DNA of 63,887 bases, counting the filler, from Octopus bimaculoides (lineage: Eukaryota): the NCBI RefSeq assembly GCF_001194135.2. It is 8 parts of 6 records of this genome, joined end to end, with 100 filler letters (N's around TTAATTAATTAA, not from the genome) between each part and the next. Parts side by side here need not be neighbours in the genome. Positions count along the whole stretch, not along the records: positions 12,142 to 27,288 come from NC_068982.1; positions 27,389 to 36,166 come from NC_068995.1; positions 36,267 to 42,306 come from NC_068987.1; 5 more parts are not named here. One strand, written 5' to 3'. Shown in pieces: positions 24,905 to 36,968 of this stretch. Under the pieces are notes generated by a model, which saw nothing but the letters and a program-made list of their open reading frames with translations, did not search any database and had not been told where the DNA came from. The position numbers were made by a program, and so were the translations under genes. Every line of letters starts with the position of its first letter. Position 1 is the first letter of the stretch.

Positions 24905-25551
24905 AATATTGGGATCTTTTTTAAAACGGGGGCCACATTTTTCATTAACGAAACATTTTGAAACTTGGAACACTGGTAGAATGTGTCATATAAAACATCT
25001 TTTTCTCTTAGTCTTCTTAAAAAAAAAAGAAATCCATAAATTATTCCATGTTAAAGTTGTCGTATTTCTGTAATTTCAACCAATCACTGACGTCCATTCA
25101 GCCGATATACATTAAGCGCCGACTACATAAACAAACGATTCTGAAACAATTAACCCTAACCCTAACCCTAACTCTAACCCTAACCCTAACCCTAGGGTTA
25201 GGGTTAGGGTTAGAGTTAGGGTTAAAGCAAATTTANNNNNNNNNNNNNNNNNNNNNNNNNNNNNNNNNNNNNNNNNNNNNNNNNNNNNNNNNNNNNNNNN
25301 NNNNNNNNNNNNNNNNNNNNNNNNNNNNNNNNNNNNNNNNNNNNNNNGGCTGAATGGACGTCAGTGATTGGTTGAAATTATCGAAATAAGACAATTTTTT
25401 ACATGAAATAAATTCGAATACAAAAATATTTTTCTGTTCTATAACACAAAATAGATAAGTATACGAAGTTTGAAAGTCTTTCGGTACCAAAAACACTACG
25501 TAAAACATTAATGAAAAATGTGGCCCCCGTTTTAAAAAAGATCCGAATATT
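24905..25551. mobile_element. Foldback/MITE-like DNA element containing telomeric repeats
   Basis: 44-bp outer inverted repeats (24905-24948 / 25508-25551, 1 mismatch) and perfect 33-bp inner inverted repeats (25071-25103 / 25348-25380), with diverged homology between them. Confidence 0.8.
25151..25224. repeat. Interstitial telomeric array: (TAACCC)7 then (GGGTTA)5
   Basis: Direct reading. The variant unit taactc/gagtta is present in both arms. Confidence 0.95.
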
Positions 25552-25635
25552 GTAGTAAATATGATATCTGGATCTCATAAAGAATGATTGATTTTGCACA
25601 AAACTTTTTTGTCTTGGATATGTGTATAGATGCAG

Positions 25636-25677
<42 letters not shown>

Positions 25678-25934
25678 GTTCAGATGCAGTACCAGGCACT
25701 GGATCACATGGCTTCCAGTCTTAATATTGGAAGTGTTATCATGTGCATTGTCTTGTCTTGGTATAAAAGATGGGCTACAGCAAATAATCTAATTGCTTTT
25801 ATTTGCATTGGCTTAACATACTTTTCGTGTTATCTCTGAGTTTGATTTAGCAACACCAAAATAATTAAAACTTTGAAAGGTCTTAAAACATATCCCAAAT
25901 CCTACCTAGATAACAGACAGTAGAAAATTGGCTT

Positions 25935-26120
25935 CAAGTATTGGCACAAAGCCAGCAATTTTGTGGAATTTGGTAAGTCGATTAGATCGACGTCAGGATA
26001 CAACTGGTACTTATTTTATCGACCTCGAAAGGATGAAAGCAAAGTCAACATCGGTGGCATTTGAACGCAGAACGTAAAGCATTTTCCCCAGCGCGGTAAG
26101 ATTCAGCCAGCTCGCCGCCT
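25935..26120 (-). mobile_element. SINE family A
   Basis: ttggcacaaagccagcaatttt...tcgacctcgaaaggatgaaagc...cagccagctcgccgcct. Confidence 0.85.
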
Positions 26121-26166
26121 TAACAGACTGTAAAATATTACATATATTTAATCTTACAAGTGACCA

Positions 26167-26373
26167 AAGCAGCGACCTAACTGAATCGTTAGCACACCCG
26201 GTAAAATGCTAAACAGTATTTTGTCCGTCTTTAGAGATCTAAGTTCGAATTCCACCGAGGTCGATTTTGCCTTTCGGGCTCGTTAAAATACGTATAGGTT
26301 GAGCCCTGGAGTCGATGTAATCGATTTACCCGCTCCACCGAAGTTGCTGTCCATATGCTAAAACTTTGAAGCC
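26167..26373 (+). mobile_element. SINE family A, divergent and inverted relative to the previous copy
   Basis: gcagcgacctaactgaatcgttagcacacccgg...gttcgaattccaccgaggtcgattttgcctttc. Confidence 0.8.
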
Positions 26374-26921
26374 AATCTTACACGTGACCACTCAAACTGT
26401 TGTTTCGTGGCCTTTATTTTTAGCTGTTGAGCATGAATTCAATGTTTTGTTGGATTGTGCTATTTCCGTACGAATGCCAACGTTCAACTCCTTTATGTGT
26501 CTAATACATGAAAGAAAACTGACTATTGAACCCAAGAAAAATTGAAAAAAAAAAGAAACGCATATAAAATGAACTCGTTATATTCCAACACAACTGATGA
26601 AAATCAAAAAATAATTATTATCCAGAAAAACTTATTCCCATTTAGTTTCGATTAAAAAAATTCTCACGGAAATCATTTACAAAACTTATGCTTCAGTTTG
26701 ATTAGCGCTATGCGGAAGTATCTGATCAAATGTGTGAGAAAAAATAGTTATGATAATTATGAGGTGCTATAGATGATAAAAAGATATGAAAATAACTTTT
26801 TTAACAAACAAGACAAATTTTTAGTGAGTGAAAACAGTTTCCATTTAACTAGTAATTGTCCGAAAATGTACCACTGGGCAACAATGGTCTGCACATAAAT
26901 ACTATTTAACTGAATGCGAAT

Positions 26922-26953
<32 letters not shown>

Positions 26954-26975
26954 ATAATAATAATAATAATATTAA

Positions 26976-27111
26976 TCCTTTCTACTATTATAGGTACAAG
27001 GCCTAAAATTTTGGAGGAGGGTGCCAGTCGACTATATCGACTCTAGAGGATGAAAGGTAAAGTCAACCATGGCAGAATTTGAACTCAGAAAGAAGCGGCA
27101 GACGAAATACC
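26976..27111 (-). mobile_element. SINE family A, with an internal deletion
   Basis: ggtacaaggcctaaaattttggaggagg..ccagtcga...ggatgaaaggtaaagtcaac..gaatttgaactcagaa. Confidence 0.8.
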
Positions 27112-27429
27112 AATTTCTTTATTGCCCACAGAGGGCCAAACATAGAATGGTACAAAACAACTGATTGGGATCAGTAATGCGAATGGTTTACATAAAACAT
27201 GACTTTAAAAATTATATAAAATAGAAAAATCGAATGATATTAACAGAACGTTAGACAACACAAATGAAGCGATGATCAGGCCACGCTCNNNNNNNNNNNN
27301 NNNNNNNNNNNNNNNNNNNNNNNNNNNNNNNNTTAATTAATTAANNNNNNNNNNNNNNNNNNNNNNNNNNNNNNNNNNNNNNNNNNNNAACGATTCTGCC
27401 AGCTCACCTCCTTAACAATAATAATAATT

Positions 27430-27633
27430 ATTTCAAATTTTTGCCTCAAGGGCAGCTGCGGGGGTAGGTGGAGATGAGTCGATTACATCGACCCTAGTGT
27501 GTCACTGGTACTTATTTTATCGACCCCGAAATGATGAAAAGCAAAGTCGACCTCAACGAAATTTGAACTCAGAACGTAAAGACGGACGAAACGCCGCTAA
27601 GCATTCCACCAGGTGTGCTGACGATTCTGCCAG
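27430..27633 (-). mobile_element. SINE family A
   Basis: gagtcgattacatcgaccctagtg..actggtacttattttatcgaccccgaa..gcaaagtcgacctc..gattctgccag. Confidence 0.85.
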
Positions 27634-28102
27634 ATCGTTTTCCTCACATTCTTTGACTATTTCCTTCCTTGTGTCATTGCAACGGAATTTTTTAATTGCA
27701 TTGTTTCCAACACTCTTAACTCTAGTGTGTCTGCGTAACTCAATCTGCCATTAGTAAATTTCTATGAAATAAATTGTCATTATTATTATTAAAGGTGGGT
27801 GAATGTTGGGAAAATGGTCAGTGTGAAAGGACCAATTCTGAGTATACACCTGTGAAATATAAAAGAAGAGCTCTTGCTCTGTTGATCAGGCACCCGTGGC
27901 ATTTGTGGTTTTTTTCCACAAGTAATCTTAAAGCTCTCTTTGAGAGTTTTACTCGTTTCATTTTTTCTGTTATTTACTGTGTACACGAACGCCAAAACCC
28001 TTTGTATCATCCGGTTTTTGTCTTTTAATGTTATTATATGTCCTTTTATGTTTATTTATATTAGCCCTTGTGGCCAATAAAAGAAGGACTTATTATTATC
28101 AT

Positions 28103-28290
28103 TAAAGCGGTGAAGGTGGAAAGCTGGCAGAGTCGTTAGCACGCCAGGCGAAGAACTTAGCGGTACTTCGCCCGTCGCTACATTCTGAGTTCAAATTCCG
28201 CCCAGGTCGACTTTACCTTTCATCCATTCGGGGTCGATGAATTAAATACCAGTTGAACACAGGGGTCGATATAATCGACTCATCCTCTCC
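28103..28290 (+). mobile_element. SINE family A
   Basis: gctggcagagtcgttagcacgccaggcg..ttctgagttcaaattccgcccaggtcgactttacctttcatcc. Confidence 0.9.
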
Positions 28291-29214
28291 ATCCCACTCT
28301 TTCTCTCATTTGACTATGTTGTTTTGTGAGAAGGGGTCCCTTTCGCCAGAAATGGAAACGGGTTAATGAGAGGCCAAAGCATTTATTCTGATCTGGTACT
28401 GAATCTGTCGAAGACCAGACCAATGTGTGGTACATGACGGAACTGAAGAAATTATACAGTCAGATAATAGAGCAAGTTGATTGGCTGACGAAAGTGCAAC
28501 AGAATCGTTACACATTTTATTGCCACTACCATGACCACCACTAATAAGAGCAGCAGGTGGATATCTTTGGCCCTGAAGGGTTTTCCCACCAAAGCATTTA
28601 AGATCGGCACTCGACCATTTTTGCTCACTCACCATTCTTAAGTACTTAAGTCTTGAAGAAAGAGAAAAAGGAAGAAATAGAAGAAAAACAACAAGGAGAT
28701 GAAGAACAAAAGGGGAACGAAGAAAATGAACAACAATATGAAGGAGATGAAGAAGAAGAGAGGAAAGAAGAAAAAGAACGAGATAAGGAGGAGGAGGAGG
28801 GAGAAGTGATAAGATGTTGTTCACAAGTGTGAGAACCCAATTACGTTATTCATTCACAAGAAGGCGATCCTGTTTTTTATCTCGTTCATTTATTTTTAAT
28901 GAGAAATCTTCATTGACCTTGAATGACCTTCAACCCTCACCCCCGTCATAACCCTCACCATTGTCACCACCTTCATCATTATCTCCTCCACAAAAACCAT
29001 CANNNNNNNNNNCATCATTATCTCCTCCACAAAAACCATCATTCCGTCACTCCCACCCTACAATAATTTGGTTTCTCACAGACATTTCAATTTCTTGGCT
29101 TTTTTGTTTTTTCCAAAGTTACGGGAATCAAAAATTCAAAAGAAAAAACAAATCAGAAATAATACATTTCTAAATCTCTCAGAAAGATTCATGTAGTAGT
29201 GATACGATGAGGTT

Positions 29215-29502
29215 GTTGTATGCTGTCAACTTTTTGTGCCAGTCCCATGAAGGGAATAATGCTACTGTTGTTTAGACCTAGGAAGCTGCACCGCTTCCTG
29301 TCGGCCTTGACACATTTCCTGTGTCCTTATGTTTACAAGGGGGAGACAAGCAGCTCCACCCAGCTAAGCCTGCATCCAGAGACATGTTTCTAAGTCTTTG
29401 CTCGTGTCAAGGCCAACAGGAAGCGATGCAGCGTCCTAAGTCTAACCAACAGTAGTATTATTCCCTTCAGGGGACTGTCACATCAAGTTGACAGCATACA
29501 AC
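29215..29502. mobile_element. MITE with 99-bp terminal inverted repeats
   Basis: 29215-29313 versus the reverse complement of 29404-29502: about 10 mismatches, no indels, 90-bp spacer. Confidence 0.85.
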
Positions 29503-30109
29503 TACTTCAAAAAAAAAAAAATTAGTAGATCATTCTTTGTTAAAAGATGGGTAAATGTAACAAGGAATACGCAGTGTNNNNNNNNNNNNNNNNNNNNNNN
29601 NNNNNNNNNNNNNNNNNNNNNNNNNNNNNNNNNNNNNNNNNNNNNNNNNNNNNNNNNNNNNNNNNNNNNNNNNNNNNNNNNNNNNNNNNNNNNNNNNNNN
29701 NNNNNNNNNNNNNNNNNNNNNNNNNNNNNNNNNNNNNNNNNNNNNNNNNNNNNNNNNNNNNNNNNNNNNNNNNNNNNNNNNNNNNNNNNNNNNNNNNNNN
29801 NNNNNNNNNNNNNNNNNNNNNNNNNNNNNNNNNNNNNNNNNNNNNNNNNNNNNNNNNNNNNNNNNNNNNNNNNNNNNNNNNNNNNNNNNNNNNNNNNNNN
29901 NNNNNNNNNNNNNNNNNNNNNNNNNNNNNNNNNNNNNNNNNNNNNNNNNNNNNNNNNNNNNNNNNNNNNNNNNNNNNNNNNNNNNNNNNNNNNNNNNNNN
30001 NNNNNNNNNNNNNNNNNNNNNNNNNNNNNNNNNNNNNNNNNNNNNNNNNNNNNNNNNNNNNNNNNNNNNNNNNNNNNNNNNNNNNNNNNNNNNNNNNNNN
30101 NNNNNNNCA

Positions 30110-30210
30110 GGGTCGATAAAATAAGTACCAGTTGAACACTGGGGTCGATGTAATCCACTCATCCCCCAACTCTCCCAAGCTGCCCTTGTGGCAAAAAAGA
30201 TTTGAAACCA
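30110..30210 (+). mobile_element. SINE family A 3' half, next to a gap
   Basis: ggtcgataaaataagtaccagttgaacactggggtcgatgtaatc. Confidence 0.8.
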
Positions 30211-30894
30211 TTTCTATTATTATTATTATTATTATTGTTATTATTATTATGTATGGTTGTGGACTGGCAAAATCGGTAAAGTGTCAGACAAAAATGGTTT
30301 ACTGGAATTGGTTGCGGCTGCTTACGATCCGAAACGCACATATTGGCGAAACACACACACACATTCTTTCCGGGGAGAGAGAGGGGGAGAGAGAGAGAGA
30401 GGAGAGAGAGGGGGGAAAGACAGAATGATCCTTTAATTTCCTGTATTCTTTATATCTTTGCTTTCTTCCACCACAACCACTACTACTACTACTACTGCTG
30501 CTGCTACCACCACTACGTACATTATTATTGAAACTGACTCCCGACATATGTAGTTGTGCAGTATGTATTGGCTATAAACAGGAACACGCTCATCTGTTAC
30601 TATGGTTACCAGTAGAGCCAGGGATGTTTATTCCTGAAATTTGATAGAAATAGATGTGTTGGTGGGAGATGGAGGGGGTGAGGGTGGTGATGGTGGTTGT
30701 GGTAACAGTAGTGGGCTGCGGTGGAGACGGTTTAGGTGGTAGTGGTGGTCGTGGTTATGGTGATGGTGGTTGTGGTTTTGGTAGTGGTGGTGGGTTTGGT
30801 GGTCATTGTTGTTGTTGTTGTGGTGGTAGTGACGGTGATGATGATGATGGGGACGTGTGGATGAAGACAGCTTCAGCATCATTCATATACCCCA

Positions 30895-30944
<50 letters not shown>

Positions 30945-31167
30945 ATATTCGGTATTATTAGGTACTTTACACAACCACCTACAGCTCCATTCTTCATCGA
31001 TATCGATCTGTGAAGAATCAATAGTCAGTAAATAAGTGATCGGTACGAAGCCGAGTCAACGACGTAGCCTCTTCTGCAGCGGGTGGAGTAAATTCCAAAT
31101 ACCTAAGCAACTGTAATTCCCCACATCTGTGCCAAGAAAGGGAATTTTACAAATTCATTTGTAGGGA

Positions 31168-31480
31168 CAGGCGTAGCTGTGTGGTAGGAAACTTGTTTCC
31201 TGTTCACATGGTTCTGGGTTCAGTCCCACTGGGTGACACCCTGGGTAGGTGTTACTTGACTGTAGCCTCAGGCCGATCAAAGCCTTGTGAGTGGATTCCG
31301 TAGATGGAAACTGAAAAGAAGCTCGTCGTGTGTGTGTGAGTGTCCCACCACCGCTTGGTAACTGGTGTTGGTTTGTTTACATCCCTGTAACATAGCAGTT
31401 CGGCAAAAGAGACCGGTAGAGTAAGTACCGGGTTTCAAAGAAAAAAAAAAAAAAAGTAAAAACTGCACCGAGTGTCGATT
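31168..31480 (+). mobile_element. tRNA-derived SINE family C with D 3' module
   Basis: Head ggcgtagctgtgtggtaggaa..ggttcagtccc; aagccttgtgagtggatt; then ggtgttggtttgtttacatccctgtaacatagcagttcggcaaaagagacc. Confidence 0.8.
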
Positions 31481-31604
31481 CGTTTCTACAAATTCTNNNN
31501 NNNNNNNNNNNNNNNNNNNNNNNNNNNNNNNNNNNNNNNNNNNNNNAAAGAGTAATTATTAATTAGCACTTTAGAGTTTAAGAGACGAAATTAAGAGTGA
31601 ATCT

Positions 31605-32015
31605 ACATATAGACTGGATGTGGCCGATCATGACGACTACATATGAACTGCTTGTGGTCGATCTCATCGATTACACATGGACTGAAAGTGGCCGATCATA
31701 TCGGCTAGGCATGGAATGAAGGCAGCGAGCTGGCAGAATGGTTAGCGCACTGGACGAAGTGCTTAGTGGTATTTCGTTTGCCGTTACGTTCTGAGTTCAA
31801 ATTCCGCTGAGGTCGACTTTGCCTTTCATCCTTTCGGAGTCGATTAAATAAATACCAGTTACGCACTGGGGTCGATGTAATCGACTTAATCCCTTTGTCT
31901 GACCTTGTTTGTCCCTTCTATGTTTAGCACCCTATGGGCAATAAAGAAATATACATATATGGACTGCGTGTGAACGATCTCGTCGACTAAATATGAACTG
32001 CATGCGAGCGATTTC
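31605..32015. repeat. Degenerate ~34-bp minisatellite interrupted by a SINE
   Basis: Units resemble acatatggactg..tgtggccgatctcatcgact; three and a partial unit lie before 31722 and two after 31950. Confidence 0.7.
31722..31950 (+). mobile_element. SINE family A, full length, tail type 2
   Basis: ggcagcgagctggcagaatggttagc (A-box), ttctgagttcaaattccg (B-box), tail ttaatccctttgtctg..ggcaataaagaaat. Confidence 0.92.
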
Positions 32016-32804
32016 ATCGACCATGTAGTCTCTGCAAAAAATTCCTGTGGTGGCATTGCATCAATATAAGAAACAAAAGTCACTCAAAATAAAACAAAGA
32101 ATTTCAACGCATTTCTGTGCCCAAAGTGGTTTCACAAAACCAACAAATAAATAATTAAATAAGGCACAAAAATTAAAGAACACACAGAAATCACATCACA
32201 CTCTGGCTTTTACATCAAACGTTGGCTCTCACGTGGAATAGCCTCATGAGAGAAGAATCAGGCCAAGTACCCTCCCATTGCAGCAATAGAAACAGGCAAG
32301 TATTAAATGTTAGTCAGCAACCTAAAGAGTAATTATTAATTAGCACTTTAGAGTTTAAGAGACGAAATTAAGAGTGAATCAAATTAAAAGTGAAAAAAAT
32401 AAATAAAATAAATAAATGTATGCTTCACTAAAAAGTTTCGGCAGTAGACACATCATCATCGTCGTCAACAGTTGAGAATATTACGTCATTTAGTCTAATT
32501 GCTGATAGAGTGCAAAAACATTTGTGGTTAGTCGCTGTCCTCATCGCTAGGTGGGGACACCATCAATAAAAAAAATTGCAGTTCTTTAAAATTTGTCAAT
32601 TATACTTAATAAAATAAAATAAAATAAAATAAAATAAAATAAAATAAAATAAATTATATAAATTATTATTATTAGTAGTAGTTACATTAATGTTCCAAAA
32701 GCTGAAGAGAATCGGGGTTTATCGTCTGCTTCAGACACAGACTCCAGGCATTTATGGGCACGCATGCGTGTTTGTTCATAACGTATTAAACGTTTTTTTT
32801 TTAA

Positions 32805-32905
32805 TGTTGTTTCAGTCTGTGGAGTGCGATCATGCTGGAGCATCACCTCGAAGAGTTTAGTCGAACATTACCGATTCCACAGCTTTTTTTAAAAGCCTGG
32901 ACCTT
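32805..32905 (-). mobile_element. SINE D module, degenerate
   Basis: tgtttcagtctgtggagtgcgatcatgctggagcatcacc..tttagtcgaac. Confidence 0.6.
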
Positions 32906-33944
32906 ACTCTAGGTCAGATTCTTCAATATTGAGCACTCAGTCTATCAAAGAATTCTTATAGATGTCACCTATATCTCACGTGTATGTGTGTGTGTATGAG
33001 TATGTATATATGCATGTATATTTATACGCAGTCGCACTCAGTCGTCTAATTAACCAGCTGGAGGTCATTCCCCATTCCTCGGTTAAGTGTTTCAATACTG
33101 ACGAAAACCACACACACACACAGAAATACTTGTACATACACGTACATACGTGTACATGTCAGTACACATATATACACACACGTACCCAATCACCCATCTT
33201 CACTTTCTTTTCGAATCCCCAATTACCTACCCTCATATCTCCTTTCTCTTTCTTTCTCTCTCTCTCTGTCTGTCTTTCTCTCTCTCTCACACACACACAC
33301 ACACGATCAAAGAAACGTACACATCACAGATGTAAAATAATTCACTATACTCATTAGGTTAATGATGATGATAATGAACACTATTTTATTACAGCACCAA
33401 CACCCTCGTATATATATATACATCTACGCCAAACTATTCCAGCTGTAAACACACTTGCCAAATTCACATAAATAGGCGTCTCGGGGTGTGTGAGAGGGAG
33501 AGGCGATAGCAGGGATCAATTTAATATATATTCTCCCTCCACCTACCCCTATGTGGTCTTGTCTTCTGAGGTGATAATCGTTTACATTCTTTTAAATGTT
33601 ATTTTAGCCTTCTTTATTCTTTGTGTAACTTCTTCACAGCAACGTTCCCGGTTTATTATTGTGTCCTGAGTAGTTCTTGCTGTTTTTCAGCTTTTGTCCA
33701 TCTACCTTTATATCAGCTTCCTTTTGTTCTCTCTTACTAATCACCATTGTTCATTTTTGCATTCACATTTAGGCTGTCCTTTTCACTATGCTTTATTTTT
33801 ACATCAACGGGTTCTCATAATCTCTCACTGCTGTCTGCCAACAGCTCTGTACCACCAGCATATCTTAAATTATACATGTTCATGTTTGTAACTGCGAGTC
33901 CATTGATTTCATTTGACTTTCTGAATATATATTCAACGTAAGTA

Positions 33945-34171
33945 TTATCTCTTTCGATACTAATCCGGCTGAAACCGCTTCTGGCTCTGTAGTACAAATG
34001 TTTTGTTTTTGTAAGTTTTGAATTAAAATCTTCCACCAAACTTTAGTCACGATTTATGCTCTTAACCCTAGCTTAATGATGACTAAGTTATTTTACTAAA
34101 TTTGTTATATTTAAAATTAATTGAAAGAAACACAGAGCATCTCAAAATAAATACGGTAACGAAATGGTTAA
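33945..34171. mobile_element. piggyBac-like MITE
   Basis: Ends ttatctctttcgatac / gtaacgaaatggttaa match at 12/16 as inverted repeats, with TTAA at the right end; AT-rich non-coding interior. Confidence 0.5.
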
Positions 34172-34557
34172 ACAGGTGTGGTGATAAAACACATCCTTAT
34201 CTTACACCTTTCTTTGAATTCTGCTGGTTCCGACAATTCCTGGTCTAATTTCATGGCTGTCTTTTAGTTCCAATATATCTTACAGATTATTCTTTCTAAT
34301 CCGGCCTTTTCTCAGTCAAATACCTTGGCATACAGAATCTATGAACCAAGCAAGCAACTAGATCTTTCTCTACTTGCATTTGTTTTTACGCCTGACTTTT
34401 GAAGCAGACGATAGCGTCACTTAACCTCTGTTGGACCTGCATCCAAATTGCTCCTCACTGACTCTTGCATTTATGTTGCTTTCTATTCTTCCCAGTATGG
34501 TTGTCAGAAATATTTTAATAGTACGAGACCAAATATTACAGCCAGCACAGTTCTGTG

Positions 34558-34601
<44 letters not shown>

Positions 34602-35107
34602 CGCATGTCGTTAATTTAATCTGATCTATTGAGTACCACTCGACTCAGACAATGCTGTTCCCCGTTGCTATGTGTTTGTCTAAGCTGGTTCTTTGTATTT
34701 AATCTGAGTGAAATTGGCGATTTAAAAGAAAACCAGACTTGCTTCCTCTTAAAAACCACATATCCACTTGTCAGACTTCCTGCTGTGACCACGTGATGCA
34801 GATGAGATAATAAAATCATTGTTAGCCACTCAAAACAAATGAAAACATTACATATTGTCTTTAATGTTTTCGACTTTTTGTTTCTTTAACCTATATATAT
34901 ACACGCACGCGCACACACGAATGTATGAATATTTTAAATATAACATTCATTCTCACATTCGTGTATATAATATACATAAACACATACATATCTACACATA
35001 TGCATATATACACACCCATACATACGAACGAACACACATTTGCATACACATTTACATACACACACACACGTGTCTTTGTTGGAAACCGGCTCCATCCTCA
35101 GTGGAAG

Positions 35108-35160
<53 letters not shown>

Positions 35161-35774
35161 NNNNNNNNNNNNNNNNNNNNNNNNNNNNNNNNNNNNNNNN
35201 NNNNNNNNNNNNNNNNNNNNNNNNNNNNNNNNNNNNNNNNNNNNNNNNNNNNNNNNNNNNNNNNNNNNNNNNNNNNNNNNNNNNNNNNNNNNNNNNNNNN
35301 NNNNNNNNNNNNNNNNNNNNNNNNNNNNNNNNNNNNNNNNNNNNNNNNNNNNNNNNNNNNNNNNNNNNNNNNNNNNNNNNNNNNNNNNNNNNNNNNNNNN
35401 NNNNNNNNNNNNNNNNNNNNNNNNNNNNNNNNNNNNNNNNNNNNNNNNNNNNNNNNNNNNNNNNNNNNNNNNNNNNNNNNNNNNNNNNNNNNNNNNNNNN
35501 NNNNNNNNNNNNNNNNNNNNNNNNNNNNNNNNNNNNNNNNNNNNNNNNNNNNNNNNNNNNNNNNNNNNNNNNNNNNNNNNNNNNNNNNNNNNNNNNNNNN
35601 NNNNNNNNNNNNNNNNNNNNNNNNNNNNNNNNNNNNNNNNNNNNNNNNNNNNNNNNNNNNNNNNNNNNNNNNNNNNNNNNNNNNNNNNNNNNNNNNNNNN
35701 NNNNNNNNNNNNNNNNNNNNNNNNNNNNNNNNNNNNNNNNNNNNNNTGCACTATCGCTTGACAACTGATGGTGT

Positions 35775-35930
35775 GTTTTCGTCCCAGTAAACTAGCGGTT
35801 CAACAAAGAAGAACGACAGAATAAATACTAGGCATACAAAGAATAAGTCCTGGCGTCGATTTCTTCGGCTAAAGGCAGTGCTCCAGCATGGTCGCAGTCA
35901 AATGACGAAACGACTAAAAGAACAAAAGAA
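35775..35930 (+). mobile_element. SINE D module
   Basis: tagcggttcaacaaagaag..gaataagtcctggcgtcgattt..ctaaaggcagtgctccagcatggtcgcagtcaaatgac. Confidence 0.8.
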
Positions 35931-36015
35931 TATGTATGATCCTTTCTTGGCTAAACACATGAAAAACCATTTACACACGCATTTATATAGATACACACAC
36001 ACACACACACACACA

Positions 36016-36053
<38 letters not shown>

Positions 36054-36699
36054 GTATTTGATGTGCGTATGTGAGAGAGAAGCCAAAGCTGAAGCGTGGC
36101 CTTAATAGCTAAAACAAGAGAACGTTTTCGCATGTGTGATTCTACTTCAATCGCTCGTTCCCGCATNNNNNNNNNNNNNNNNNNNNNNNNNNNNNNNNNN
36201 NNNNNNNNNNTTAATTAATTAANNNNNNNNNNNNNNNNNNNNNNNNNNNNNNNNNNNNNNNNNNNNTATGTATGTATGTATGTATGTATGTGCGTGTATA
36301 CATGTATGTGTGCATGAATGTATGCACATATTACTTTCGTATAATGGGCTTATATTTTCTAATGATTATATATGTGTGTGTATGTATGGATATATGCATA
36401 TACATACAGACACATGCACGCACATATATACATACATACATTTATACACGCTAGCATAATTACACCATTAAGTATATAACAAGGCATATCGTAGCCGTTT
36501 AGTCCGATATACTCTTTGTTACTGAAAGCTTTAAAATATGTACGCATATGTATATATGTATGCATGTATGTCTGTATATATGTATGTACCAACGTTTGTA
36601 TGTATGTGTATGTATGCGTGCGTGTATGTGTATGTGTGTATGAGTGTATGTGTGTGTGTGTGTGTGTGTGCGTTTGTAGATGTAATTTCACAGATCAGC

Positions 36700-36930
36700 A
36701 ATTCTCATTTACTTGGCAATATCAATCGGTTTCTTATGATCTCTCCGACAAAGTGGACGACGCCTGACTGACCGCATTACCGAACCTGTAGAGTTTTAGC
36801 CCGAAGTGGCACTGTACTTCGGTAAGACCTCAAAGCAAGGTATTTCTGATTGTCCACAGACCCTTTTGGATCAAAAAGATGTCTCTCCATCTTCCAGCCT
36901 AGGGCTGTATCAAAGTCTATCACATGAATA
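36700..36930 (+). pseudogene. Possible RTE LINE C-terminal remnant
   Basis: Frameshifted RFLMIS / DRIT / VLARSG / KMSLHLP, resembling the RTE post-RT segment (W.DRI.N.EVL...RM...RLP). Weak. Confidence 0.3.
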
Positions 36931-36968
36931 TCACAGATAATTTCGTAGACTCTTAATCACCAGAAACA

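Noticed and set aside
25151-25224. Chromosome end-to-end fusion scar
   Set aside because: The orientation is CCCTAA then TTAGGG, the reverse of a fusion signature, and it lies inside a TIR element.
28363-28824. 153-aa minus-strand ORF
   Set aside because: The first half is a GA-rich low-complexity tract; the second half has no recognisable homology or convincing splice context.
28974-29041. 29-bp duplication across an ~11-N gap
   Set aside because: Typical unmerged overlapping contig ends; the same is seen at the short gaps near 38322 and 45501.
31605-32015. CRISPR-like look (palindromic ~34-bp repeats)
   Set aside because: Units are directly adjacent with no unique spacers, are highly diverged, have no cas genes nearby, and sit in a eukaryotic context.
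31547-32380. Identical 57-bp direct repeat (31547-31603 and 32324-32380)
   Set aside because: The first copy abuts a gap and identity is perfect; probably a contig-end artefact. Too long for a typical TSD. Long reads would settle it.
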